Assembly: GCA_963729715.1 (NCBI GenBank)
Contig: CAVSPA010000003.1
Span: 64,001-128,000, forward strand
From: an uncultured delta proteobacterium
Lineage (GTDB): Bacteria > Desulfobacterota > Syntrophia > Syntrophales > UBA2185
DNA length: 64,000 bases
Reading direction: 5' to 3'
The position numbers and the translations under genes were made by a program. Positions 1 to 9,359 of the stretch are shown here, in pieces (the first letter of the stretch is position 1; every line of letters begins with the position of its first letter). The notes beneath the pieces are model-generated. The model worked only from the letters and a program-made list of their open reading frames with translations. It was not told the DNA's origin and made no database searches.

Positions 1-442
1 TAGAAGCGACTATAACATTCTTGATCTTAGTCTTGGGGACGACTTTCTCAACTGTGGGATAAAAAGCATCCAGGGTAATGATTGTTTCTGCTTCAGCATC
101 ATTGAGTTGATGTTCCAGCTCCTTTTCCACCACCAACGGGCTGCAGGGGGTAAAAATCGCTCCATTCATAAGAATAGCGTAATAGGCAATGGCAAATTGA
201 GGGCAATTGGGAAGGTGAATAGCCACCCGATCGCCCTTCTTGATTCCCAGGCCGGCCAGGGCTGCAGCAAATCGTTCACAAAGGGTCAGCAGATCGCTGT
301 AAGTGATTTCCATCGCATCAAAGATGATAGCGATGCGAAAAGGACACTTGGCTGCGGTAGAACGCAGAATTTGGAAGACAGGAATGTCAGGGTAATTTAA
401 TGAACGAGCTACAAACTTTAGCCAACATTTGTATTCTTTCAT
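1..442 (-). CDS. Long-chain fatty-acid--CoA ligase (AMP-binding), 5' part; runs off the window edge
   Basis: Manual translation MKEYKCWLK...AAALAGLGIKKGDRVAIHLPNCPQFAIAYYAIL...ELEHQLNDAEAETII is a typical acyl-CoA ligase N-terminus; not in the ORF track because it is truncated. Confidence 0.85.
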   Translation of the reverse strand, partial: MKEYKCWLKFVARSLNYPDIPVFQILRSTAAKCPFRIAIIFDAMEITYSDLLTLCERFAAALAGLGIKKGDRVAIHLPNCPQFAIAYYAILMNGAIFTPCSPLVVEKELEHQLNDAEAETIITLDAFYPTVEKVVPKTKIKNVIVAS

Positions 443-458
443 AGCGCACATCCTTTTG

Positions 459-1448
459 TCACCATGCTTTTTTTCGGAACTCCATGATTAACGCCGGGAT
501 AAAAGTATTGATGTCTTCAACAACACCGAAATCCGCGTGTTGAAAAAATGCCGCAGCGGGGTCACGGTTGATGGCGACTATTGTTTGCGAGTCCTTCATG
601 CCGGCAATGTGCTGCATAGCGCCGGATATCCCGCAGGCAATATATAATTTAGGTGCAACCGTTTTTCCGGTAAGCCCGATCTGCAAGCTTTGCGCAATCC
701 AGCCCTGATCACAGGCCGCCCGCGAACCGGCTATTGCCGATTTCGGAAAAAACTGGGCAAGCTCATTTAAAAGTTCAACATTCTCAATTTTTTCTATTCC
801 TTTGCCAGCGGCAATGATCGTTTCGGCATCCCGCAGATTTGTGTTCTGTTCCTCAGCGGTTATAGTACCGACGGATCTTGTCGCCTTTAGCATCACTTGT
901 GTATTGCGTATGGTCACAGCCCCGTTTCTTTCCGCTACCCTTCCGTCGTACCGGAAAGCTCCCGGGAGTAGTGTTATCACTGTCACAGGCCTTGAAGACT
1001 CCATCGTTAGTGCCATCTTTCCGTGGAACCCTTGACGGCAGAAGCCTATCTTGCCGTCATAAAAATCAAGCTCCGCCACTCCGGAAATACAGGCGGCATT
1101 TAATTTCACGGCAACCTGCGGCGCGTAATCATAACCGCGCGGCGAATGAGGGATGATTAACAAATCTGGCCTGAGTTCGCAAGCGAGCTCATATAATACT
1201 GATATGTAGGCCTCTGCAGTATATCTTTCGAGACTATCTCCTGTTACGGCAATGGCGTCAATCCCGGTCTCTGCAGCCAGCCATCCGGCCTGAGGCAAAA
1301 CGTCTTTCCCCAGCACGGACACTACAACTTGCGCTTGGATTTGCCTTTCAATCTCTTTTGCGCAGGCAATCATCTCCCACGTGAGGGGCATTATTTTGTC
1401 AGGGCTGTGTTCTGCGGCAATCAAGATTCTGGTTCTCATAGTTTCCAT
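459..1448 (-). CDS. etfA: Electron transfer flavoprotein alpha subunit
   Basis: QIGLTGKTVAPKLYIACGISGAMQHIAGM...IVAINRDPAA FAD-binding signature. Confidence 0.95.
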   Translation of the reverse strand: METMRTRILIAAEHSPDKIMPLTWEMIACAKEIERQIQAQVVVSVLGKDVLPQAGWLAAETGIDAIAVTGDSLERYTAEAYISVLYELACELRPDLLIIPHSPRGYDYAPQVAVKLNAACISGVAELDFYDGKIGFCRQGFHGKMALTMESSRPVTVITLLPGAFRYDGRVAERNGAVTIRNTQVMLKATRSVGTITAEEQNTNLRDAETIIAAGKGIEKIENVELLNELAQFFPKSAIAGSRAACDQGWIAQSLQIGLTGKTVAPKLYIACGISGAMQHIAGMKDSQTIVAINRDPAAAFFQHADFGVVEDINTFIPALIMEFRKKAW

Positions 1449-1457
1449 TCCGGAGAT

Positions 1458-2237
1458 TTATATTAAAAGAGATTTACCACGCAAAATTTCCCCGAGCTTG
1501 GCCGCCTTTTGTTCAACTGTCCCGTCTAGAAAAATGCATTTGCGCGCGGCGGCAATGCCTGTAATGTTTCTGATCTTTTCATACCCGTAATTAGGGCCAA
1601 GTTCATCCGCAGCAACTGTCGTAATATCCTGCTGACGCGCCCGCAGGACATGAGACAGGGCAGGATAGCGGGGCGTATTGATGCCGGATTGTATCGTCAG
1701 CAATGCCGGCAGGTTTAAGATCACCGCTTCCCTCTCGGTCGCATCTATTTCCCGTTCCACATATATTGCATTTTCCTCTTCCTTCAATAGCTCCAGTATC
1801 ACTGATGAAGCTGCCGGAATGTCCAGCAACCCGGCAACCATTTGCCCGGTCTGGCCGTGCATATCGTCCTCAGACATGGCGCCGGTTAAGATAAGGTCAT
1901 ACGCATTTTTGGCGGCAAAGCCGGCGATTAGGCCGGCCGTTGTCCAGGGGCTAAGATAACCTTCCTGTTCAAGCAGAATATGAAAACCGTTATCGGCTCC
2001 GATCTCCATCGCCCTTTGTACAATATTGCGCACCCGCTGGGCTCCCACGGATACAACATCAACTACGGACAGATTAATTGTTTCCTTGATTCTTAGAGAT
2101 TCTTCCAGCGCAAATTCATCGAAGCGATTCATTCTGTACACGGTGTCTTTATCATACCGCAGCGATTTATTATCTGCCGCAACCGAAAATCTCGCTTCCA
2201 CATCCGCGACCTGTTTCACACAAACCAATATTTTCAT
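1458..2237 (-). CDS. etfB: Electron transfer flavoprotein beta subunit
   Basis: MKILVCVKQV, NRFDEFALEE, INTPRYP motifs; adjacent to etfA. Confidence 0.95.
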   Translation of the reverse strand: MKILVCVKQVADVEARFSVAADNKSLRYDKDTVYRMNRFDEFALEESLRIKETINLSVVDVVSVGAQRVRNIVQRAMEIGADNGFHILLEQEGYLSPWTTAGLIAGFAAKNAYDLILTGAMSEDDMHGQTGQMVAGLLDIPAASSVILELLKEEENAIYVEREIDATEREAVILNLPALLTIQSGINTPRYPALSHVLRARQQDITTVAADELGPNYGYEKIRNITGIAAARKCIFLDGTVEQKAAKLGEILRGKSLLI

Positions 2238-2292
2238 GACGTCACCGGCAAGAAGTATATTACATGGTTGATTTCAATTCAATCTAATTTTA

Positions 2293-2308
2293 GAGCGAAC
2301 GTTCGTTT
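2293..2308. promoter_or_regulatory. Palindromic operator candidate (likely the local TetR) between divergent etfB and phosphatase-ACAD operons
   Basis: Perfect palindrome CGAACGTTCG at 2296-2305, just upstream of TTGACA (2319-2324). Confidence 0.5.
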
Positions 2309-2371
2309 TATTTGTTTATTGACAGCATCACCTTGTCCGTGCTATCGATAAGACACAAGCGGGGCAAATAC

Positions 2372-3082
2372 ATGAGTGATCTATATTTTATTCGCCACGG
2401 CCAGGCATCTTTCGGCAAAGATGTATACGACAAAATATCGGACACCGGCGATATTCAGTCCGGCCTGCTGGCGCAATATCTCTATGATTCGGGCATTATT
2501 TTCGATGGCGTCTATTCCGGCACACTGGAGCGCCACAAGCACACAGCAAACCATCTTATAAGTTATTATGCGGAAAAGAAATCACTCCCGCTGCAATTGA
2601 ACCTCATGGAAGGGCTCAACGAATACAACTCCAAAGAAATCATCAAACGTTATCTGCCTGTGGTTCTTAAGGAAGAGCCTTCTTTATCTTCACATCTGGA
2701 AAATATTTACATGGACAAAAAAGCTTTTCAAAAAATATTCGATGCCATCATGCTGAGAATGGTGTCGGGCCGCTATCACTTCCCGGATCTGGAAACATGG
2801 CTGGTTTTTTCCGGAAGAGTGATAGCAGCCGTGAAACAAATTATGGCCGATAACGGCAGGAGTAAGAAGATCATTATTTTTACTTCCGGCGGGCCGATAT
2901 CCGCGGTAATTCAGCTGGCCCTCGGCACTTCCGATGAAGCAACAATTAGACTGGGCTGGCATTTGGCTAACACATCCATCACCATATTCAAATACGATGA
3001 TAGGAGAATTGCCCTGCACTCTTTTAACAACTATCCCCATCTGGAAAATGTCCGGCAAAGCGGCCTGATAACATTCAGATGA
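2372..3082 (+). CDS. Histidine phosphatase family protein
   Basis: YFIRHGQASFG (RHG motif), SGGPI, FNNYPHL; start taken at ATG 2372. Confidence 0.9.
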   Translation: MSDLYFIRHGQASFGKDVYDKISDTGDIQSGLLAQYLYDSGIIFDGVYSGTLERHKHTANHLISYYAEKKSLPLQLNLMEGLNEYNSKEIIKRYLPVVLKEEPSLSSHLENIYMDKKAFQKIFDAIMLRMVSGRYHFPDLETWLVFSGRVIAAVKQIMADNGRSKKIIIFTSGGPISAVIQLALGTSDEATIRLGWHLANTSITIFKYDDRRIALHSFNNYPHLENVRQSGLITFR

Positions 3083-3100
3083 TTTTTTTAGGAGGCATTT

Positions 3101-4309
3101 ATGGATTTTGCAATATCGGACAAAATGAAAGCGATCATCGGAATGATAGACGAATTTGTCTCCAAGGAACTAATTCCGCTTGAGCCGGAATTTTTAACCA
3201 AGGATTTCAAAGCCATGCTGCCTGTCCTTGCTGAAAAACGCAAAATCGTCAAGCAAATGGAGCTCTGGGCGCCGAATCACCCGAAAGAATACGGCGGCAT
3301 GGGGCTTGATCTTGTGGAGCACGGCCTGGTGTCCGAGGCTCTGGGTCGAAGCTCGCTCGGACATTATGTGTTCAACTGCCAGGCGCCGGATGCGGGCAAT
3401 ATTGAAATACTGCACAAATACGGGAGCAAGGAGCAGAAAGAAAAATACCTTAGGCCGCTTATTGAAGGCAAAATCAGAAGCTGTTTTTCTATGACGGAAG
3501 TGGAAGTGCCCGGCTCCAATCCGGTGATGATGGATACGACGGCCGTGAAGCAGGGGGGTGAATATGTGATCAACGGCCAGAAGTGGTACTCCACGGCGGC
3601 CGACGGCGCCGAATTCTCCATTGTTATGGCCATTACCAATCCCGAGGCCAATCCCTATCTGCGCGCCAGCATGATCATTGTTCCTGTTAATTCACCCGGC
3701 TTCAATCTTGTCCGCAATATATCCGTCATGGGGCATGCCGGCAGCGATTATTTCAGTCATGCCGAGATTTTGTTCCAATCATGCCGGGTACCTGTGGGGA
3801 ACCTGCTCGGGCCGGAGGGGCATGGTTTTGTAATCGCGCAAGAGCGGCTCGGGCCCGGCCGAATTCACCACTGCATGAGATGGATCGGGGTTTGCAATAG
3901 AGCTATGGAGCTGATGTGCCGGAGAGCTTCCGAAAGAATAATCTCCCCCGATAAAAAAACGCTGAGCTCTAAACAGATAATCCAGTCCTGGATTGCCGAA
4001 TCCGCTGCTGAAATACAGGCTGCCAGGCTGATGACGCTGCATGCCGCCTGGAAAATTGAAAAACTCGGACAGAAAGATGCGCGCGTCGATATTTCACTCA
4101 TCAAATTTTTTGTTGCCGGCGTCATGCAAAGGGTTGTGGACAGAGCGCTGCAGGTGCACGGGGGCCTCGGCATGACTGATGATACCATCCTGGCTTTCTT
4201 CTATAGGCATGAACGTGCGGCAAGAATTTATGACGGCGCCGATGAAGTACATAAAATCAACGCCGCTAAAATCATTCTGAAAAACTTTGCCGGCAACAAA
4301 GCCAAATAG
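3101..4309 (+). CDS. Acyl-CoA dehydrogenase (ACAD10/11-like C-terminal type)
   Basis: NCQAPDAGNIEIL, CFSMTE, AQERLGPGRIHHCMR, RIYDGADEVH. Confidence 0.95.
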   Translation: MDFAISDKMKAIIGMIDEFVSKELIPLEPEFLTKDFKAMLPVLAEKRKIVKQMELWAPNHPKEYGGMGLDLVEHGLVSEALGRSSLGHYVFNCQAPDAGNIEILHKYGSKEQKEKYLRPLIEGKIRSCFSMTEVEVPGSNPVMMDTTAVKQGGEYVINGQKWYSTAADGAEFSIVMAITNPEANPYLRASMIIVPVNSPGFNLVRNISVMGHAGSDYFSHAEILFQSCRVPVGNLLGPEGHGFVIAQERLGPGRIHHCMRWIGVCNRAMELMCRRASERIISPDKKTLSSKQIIQSWIAESAAEIQAARLMTLHAAWKIEKLGQKDARVDISLIKFFVAGVMQRVVDRALQVHGGLGMTDDTILAFFYRHERAARIYDGADEVHKINAAKIILKNFAGNKAK

Positions 4310-4317
4310 GATTCACA

Positions 4318-5013
4318 ATGACCTTCGATGAATTCAGAAAAATAGTGAGCATTTCCAAAAAAGAGATTTCCCGGCAGATATGGGAAACCAACCGCGCTGC
4401 CATAAAAGTAAAAAAGGAAGAGAAGGTCATCGAAAACCTGATTAAAATATTTGACGCCGCTTTGGAAATCAGCAACGCAAAGGGTTTTCAGGCGATGAGC
4501 ATGCGCGATTTGAGCGCCAAATGCGGCTTAAGCATGGGAGCTATTTATTCTTATTGTTCCAGCAAAGATGAATTGCTCCACCTTCTCCAGATGCAGGGTC
4601 GGCAAATAGCCAATAAGATCTTGAATGATCAGATTAGTTTGGTGAAAGGGCCTACCCAAAAGCTCAGAATCGCCATCCAGACGCACGTCTATTTGAGTGA
4701 AATAATGCAACGGTGGTTTTACTTTAGCTACATCGAGGCGAGAAATCTGGCCAAAGATGAGCGAAAGAGAGCAATTGAAAGCGAATTGTATACGGAAAAG
4801 ATATTCATCGATATCCTGACCGAGGGGGCAAAGCTGGGCGTCTTCAAAATAAGCAATATTATCCTGACAGCATCATTAATCAAGGCAATGCTTCAGGATT
4901 GGTATCTCAAACGCTGGAAATACCAAAAGAGAAAAATCAACGTGGATGATTATGCAGAGCTTATCGTTGGCATTATCGAATCTTATTTATCCGGAAAAGT
5001 TAAAGGAGTTTGA
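4318..5013 (+). CDS. TetR/AcrR family transcriptional regulator
   Basis: HTH KGFQAMSMRDLSAKCGLSMGAIYSYCSSKDELL. Confidence 0.9.
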   Translation: MTFDEFRKIVSISKKEISRQIWETNRAAIKVKKEEKVIENLIKIFDAALEISNAKGFQAMSMRDLSAKCGLSMGAIYSYCSSKDELLHLLQMQGRQIANKILNDQISLVKGPTQKLRIAIQTHVYLSEIMQRWFYFSYIEARNLAKDERKRAIESELYTEKIFIDILTEGAKLGVFKISNIILTASLIKAMLQDWYLKRWKYQKRKINVDDYAELIVGIIESYLSGKVKGV

Positions 5014-5015
5014 GC

Positions 5016-6086
5016 ATGCAGGATTTAACGGATAAAGCAACAGCGGTAAGAGTAGGCGAAGAGTTGGATTCCCAAAAAGTTTTCAAATATTTAAAGGACA
5101 ATATTCCGCAACTGGAAGAGGATCTGGAAATAAACCAATTCCCGAGCGGATTTTCCAACCTGACTTACTGTATCAAATCCGGGACAAAGGAGTTTGTTCT
5201 ACGTCGCCCGCCTTTCGGAAAGAAAGCCAAAAGCGCCCATGACATGGGCAGAGAATATAGGATGCTGCAAGCGCTCAAACCTGTTTTTCAGTATTGTCCG
5301 ACTCCCATTGCCTATACTGAAGATGAATCAATTATCGGTTGCCCTTTTTACATTATGGAGAGAATTTCCGGTATAATACTGCACAAAAATCTTCCCGCGC
5401 AACTGAAGTTTTCCGCCGCTGATGCCCGGAATCTGTGCGTGGAGCTGCTGGATGTGCAGATAAAGCTCCATGCCATTGATTATAAAGGAATCGGACTGGA
5501 ATCTCTGGGAAAACCGGAAGGCTACGTGGAAAGGCAGACGGCCGGATGGAGTTCACGCTACCGTGATGCGCGCACACCTGACGCGCCTGATTACGAGCGG
5601 GTTATGGCCTGGCTTAAAGATAAAATACCAGCTGCGCCGGTTAAACCGGCTATCATTCATAATGATTATAAATTTGATAATGTGGTGCTCGACGCGGCCA
5701 ATCCGCTGAAAATCATCGGCGTACTGGACTGGGAAATGGCGACAATCGGAGACCCCCTTATGGATCTGGGCAATTCCTTGGCGTATTGGGTGGAAAGCAC
5801 AGATCCGGAGGCCATGCAGCTGATCAGATTGATGCCAACCAACATCGAAGGCGCTCTTACCAGAAAAGAAATTGCCGAGCTTTATGCAGCCCGCACCGGC
5901 ACATCTATTGCCAAATTTGATTTTTATTATTGCTTCGGACTGTTTCGGCTTTCTGTAATTGCCCAGCAGATATATTACAGATCTTATCATGGCCAGACAA
6001 AGGATGAACGTTTTAAAACGCTGATATTCGCGGTTAAAGCGCTGGAAGAAACTGCGACTAAAGTAATGGATCAATCTAAACTATAA
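5016..6086 (+). CDS. APH-family phosphotransferase (ACAD10/11 N-terminal, LvaA-like kinase)
   Basis: GFSNLTY, VLRRPP, AHDMGREY, HNDYKFDN, VLDWEMATIGDPLMDLG. Confidence 0.9.
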   Translation: MQDLTDKATAVRVGEELDSQKVFKYLKDNIPQLEEDLEINQFPSGFSNLTYCIKSGTKEFVLRRPPFGKKAKSAHDMGREYRMLQALKPVFQYCPTPIAYTEDESIIGCPFYIMERISGIILHKNLPAQLKFSAADARNLCVELLDVQIKLHAIDYKGIGLESLGKPEGYVERQTAGWSSRYRDARTPDAPDYERVMAWLKDKIPAAPVKPAIIHNDYKFDNVVLDAANPLKIIGVLDWEMATIGDPLMDLGNSLAYWVESTDPEAMQLIRLMPTNIEGALTRKEIAELYAARTGTSIAKFDFYYCFGLFRLSVIAQQIYYRSYHGQTKDERFKTLIFAVKALEETATKVMDQSKL

Positions 6087-6124
6087 AGAATTTACTTAAT
6101 ATTGCCATAGACAGGAGAAAAAAT

Positions 6125-6889
6125 ATGTCTAAATTGGAATTGAATTTTCAGGGCAAAGCGGCATTGATAATCGGGGCCAGCCGGGGAATTGGCGAGGCCA
6201 TTGCCCGCGCTCTGGCAGCCAACGGCGCGGAAGTGATCCTCGTCAGCCGTAAACTGGAAAATTTAAAATATATTGCCGATGATATCGCCAAAGCGGGCGG
6301 CAAAGCGACAGCGCTGTCCTGCCATATCGGCGAAATGGCGCAGATTAAACATTTGTTCGCAGAGATTAAAAAGAAATGTGATCGTCTGGATATTTTAATC
6401 AACAACGCGGGGACAAATCCTTTTTTCGGCGACGTGCTCAGCGCTGATGAGCAAGCGTGGGATAAAACATTTAATGTCAATCTCAAGGGGTTCTTTTTTA
6501 TCAGCCAGTTTGCGGCAAAAATGATGAAGGAAAAAGGCGGCGGAGCGATTGTCAATGTAGCATCGGTCAATGCTGTCCGGCCCGCCCCTTTTCAGGGAAT
6601 ATATTCGATTACCAAAGCCGGTATTGTTGCAATGACAAAATCTTTTGCCAAAGAACTTGCCCCCTTTAATATCCGCGTTAACGCTTTGTTGCCGGGTCTG
6701 ACCGATACAAAATTTGCCGCATTCCTGACCCAGAGCCATGAAATCATGGAGACAGTCCTGCCGAGAATCCCGATGGGCAGAATAGCAAAACCGGAAGAAA
6801 TGGCCGGAGCCGTATTGTATTTGGTTTCGGATGCGGCCTCTTATACTACAGGCGCCTGCATTAACGTTGACGGCGGCATGCTTGCTTAG
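6125..6889 (+). CDS. Short-chain dehydrogenase/reductase
   Basis: GASRGIG, NNAGTNP, YSITK catalytic motif. Confidence 0.95.
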   Translation: MSKLELNFQGKAALIIGASRGIGEAIARALAANGAEVILVSRKLENLKYIADDIAKAGGKATALSCHIGEMAQIKHLFAEIKKKCDRLDILINNAGTNPFFGDVLSADEQAWDKTFNVNLKGFFFISQFAAKMMKEKGGGAIVNVASVNAVRPAPFQGIYSITKAGIVAMTKSFAKELAPFNIRVNALLPGLTDTKFAAFLTQSHEIMETVLPRIPMGRIAKPEEMAGAVLYLVSDAASYTTGACINVDGGMLA

Positions 6890-7091
6890 AGGATAATAAT
6901 AATTTTGTTATAAAACATTGCTTCCTGACAGACGAAATATAGGAAAATTCCATTTGTGCCTCAATGTAATCAATAACAAGCGGGTTCAAAGATTACGATT
7001 GAAATTTTGCATCAAGAATGGAAATTGAAGCTCTCCGCAACCTAACCGTCTCTTGTCTTATCCCGTCATCTGTCCGCTTTCCTTTGAAACG

Positions 7092-7997
7092 CTAAAATCC
7101 AGCAACGAATCCCGGCTGCCGATACCGAGGTCCGGGATAGCTGTAGAATCCTCTACCCGACTTCCGGCCGAGATGCCCCTGGTCGATCATCTTTTTTAAA
7201 AGATCAGCATTTTTCTGCTGCTGTTCGTTCTTTGTCTCTTTTGCCCAGTAATCCGTGATCTTCCACACCGTATCTAGTCCGATGCTATCCATGATCCCGA
7301 AGGGTCCTATCGGCATGTGTGTTACGCCCATCCATGCCCGGTCGACATTTTCAACAGATGTCACCTCGTTTGCCACAAGGGCTTGCGCCGAAAGCATGAG
7401 CGCATCCAGCATGGCATTGAAGACATATCCGCTGTTCTCCTTGTTCAGCCGGATGGCAATCATGCCCATTCTTTTCGAGAAGTCCTGGACAATCTGCACC
7501 ACTTCTGGATCCGTCCCCGGATGGGGCATGATATCCACGACGATGTTGGTGCGGAGATCGTGGAAGTGAAGGGCGAGGAATTTTTCCGGTCTGCCGGTGG
7601 CCTGGGCGAACATGGAGGGAAATAGCATAGACGTGTTTGTAGTAAAGATCGTGCGGGGGGGGCATAATGTATGGAAGAGGGAAAAGACCCTGCCTTTCAG
7701 CTGGGGATCCTCGGGCACGGATTCACTGACTAGGTCCGCAGCCGCGGCCGCTTTTTCAGCAACGGTTGTCGTCGAAATCCTGCCCATGACAGCATCTAAA
7801 GCTTCCTGTGTGAGTTGCTGTAATTTGATCAGGCTTCCCCCCATCTTGCGGATGCCCGACAGGGCTTTCTCCAGTATCCGGCCCTCGATATCGTAAATCA
7901 TGATGTCACAGCCGTGGATGGCAAAATAAAAAGCGATCTGCTGCCCCATCGTGCCGCCACCCAGAATCAATACGCGCTTAATATCATCCGCTGTCAC
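7092..7997 (-). CDS. 3-hydroxyacyl-CoA dehydrogenase
   Basis: GGGTMG Rossmann motif, ESVPED, TNTS, HF, PIGPFGIMDSIGLD, LGRKSGRGFYSY. Confidence 0.92.
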   Translation of the reverse strand: MTADDIKRVLILGGGTMGQQIAFYFAIHGCDIMIYDIEGRILEKALSGIRKMGGSLIKLQQLTQEALDAVMGRISTTTVAEKAAAAADLVSESVPEDPQLKGRVFSLFHTLCPPRTIFTTNTSMLFPSMFAQATGRPEKFLALHFHDLRTNIVVDIMPHPGTDPEVVQIVQDFSKRMGMIAIRLNKENSGYVFNAMLDALMLSAQALVANEVTSVENVDRAWMGVTHMPIGPFGIMDSIGLDTVWKITDYWAKETKNEQQQKNADLLKKMIDQGHLGRKSGRGFYSYPGPRYRQPGFVAGF

Positions 7998-8220
7998 GTT
8001 TCATCTCCTTTTCATTTCAAATCATCGGCATGCGGCGCCCGATGTACCGATGGTTTCTGTCTTCTTTCCCCCTATCTCCTGCGGCTGCCACCACCTGTGC
8101 AATCCCTGAGACCATGCAACCTGAACTTGTAACCATAATCTTCCTTGTATTCATTTTTTTCCCTCTGTTTCCGGCGCTGTTAGAGATGAAAAGATATTCT
8201 AAGTAAACTTGAACTGTCTT

Positions 8221-8496
8221 TTACTTTGCATAGGTTTTCCTTAACTCCACTTTATTAATCTTCCCCACACTGGTCCGGGGAATGGCATCGACGAACTCGT
8301 ATCGATCGGGGACGCCATATTTCGGGAGTTTTCCTTCATCGGACATCTTCGTCAGGTATTCTTTCATATCCTTGCTGGTCACCTTACCTTTGAATTCCGC
8401 TTTCAGGATGAGGACCACCAGTGGTCTTTCCCCCCACTTCGGGTCCGGCACTCCGATCACGGCCGCTTCGGAAACCGCAGGATGCATGCTTACCAG
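8221..8496 (-). pseudogene. C-terminal relic of a fatty-acid--CoA ligase
   Basis: HPAVSEAAVIGVPDPKWGERP...IPRTSVGKINK is only the AMP-binding C-terminal domain; the upstream part is replaced by the DUF1566 gene. Confidence 0.85.
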
Positions 8497-8554
8497 GTAT
8501 AGCTGCGACCTATATCCAAAGGAAGATGATCAAAGAACTAAATGACCAAATGAA

Positions 8555-9001
8555 CTATTTGGCATAACGCACCGGCAGCGCCCGGTCGTGGGAGGCGTGC
8601 GACTGGGGCATCAAGGACCGGGGGCCATTGCCGAAATGGAAGCCGGCAGCATCGGAGCCGCGCGTCTCAGAACCCCATACCCACCAGCAAGTAAGATAGA
8701 TTAAGTCAGTAGCAATATGGTTGGGGGAAATGCCGCATTCTACTTTTTGGGCTTTGTTCGCATCATACAACACCGCCAGCTCCTTCCGTGTCGGCATCTG
8801 CCAGTCCGTATAACCGCCCCCACGATAGTTTTCGCAATAGGACTTGGCGTTCACCCAATCTATATTGCTCCCGTTGTCCCTCGCCGCCCACATCAGGTTC
8901 GTACTCGTGTCTAGTACCGTTCCGTCGTCATATGCTATGAAACGACCGTCTCTGCCCTTCTCTCCGGCAAAGACAAACCCCGCATACAGAACCAACACCA
9001 T
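8555..9001 (-). CDS. DUF1566 (Lcl C-terminal, C-type-lectin fold) secreted protein
   Basis: RFIAYDDGTVLDTSTNLMWA, AKSYCENYRGGGYTDWQMPTRKEL, C-terminal RALPVR. Confidence 0.85.
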   Translation of the reverse strand: MVLVLYAGFVFAGEKGRDGRFIAYDDGTVLDTSTNLMWAARDNGSNIDWVNAKSYCENYRGGGYTDWQMPTRKELAVLYDANKAQKVECGISPNHIATDLIYLTCWWVWGSETRGSDAAGFHFGNGPRSLMPQSHASHDRALPVRYAK

Positions 9002-9359
9002 CGAAACAGCGATAACTTTTTTGATGCTATCCCCCCTTAGTTTCTAGCCAAATAGCGGATGATCTCTAGACGCTACACCTTAACATCGATTTTTTCCGTT
9101 ACCTAGTCTATCGCGAACCTGTTGTTAAAGAGTATTTCGATAAGATGTTGCTTGTTCATGAGTAAACCATAAAATTGTCGGTCTCGTGTGTCAATGAAAT
9201 TATGACCATAAAATATGTGGCGTGTTGTTGATGTTTGTCGTCGGGAGTGAAGTGTGTTTATTACGTAATGAAGTCCAGCATTTTCTTCGAGGTCGACGAT
9301 TTGAGGAAGATATAGGGCGATGAACAAGAATAATTGTTTTCGATATCTGCAGGTAGTTA

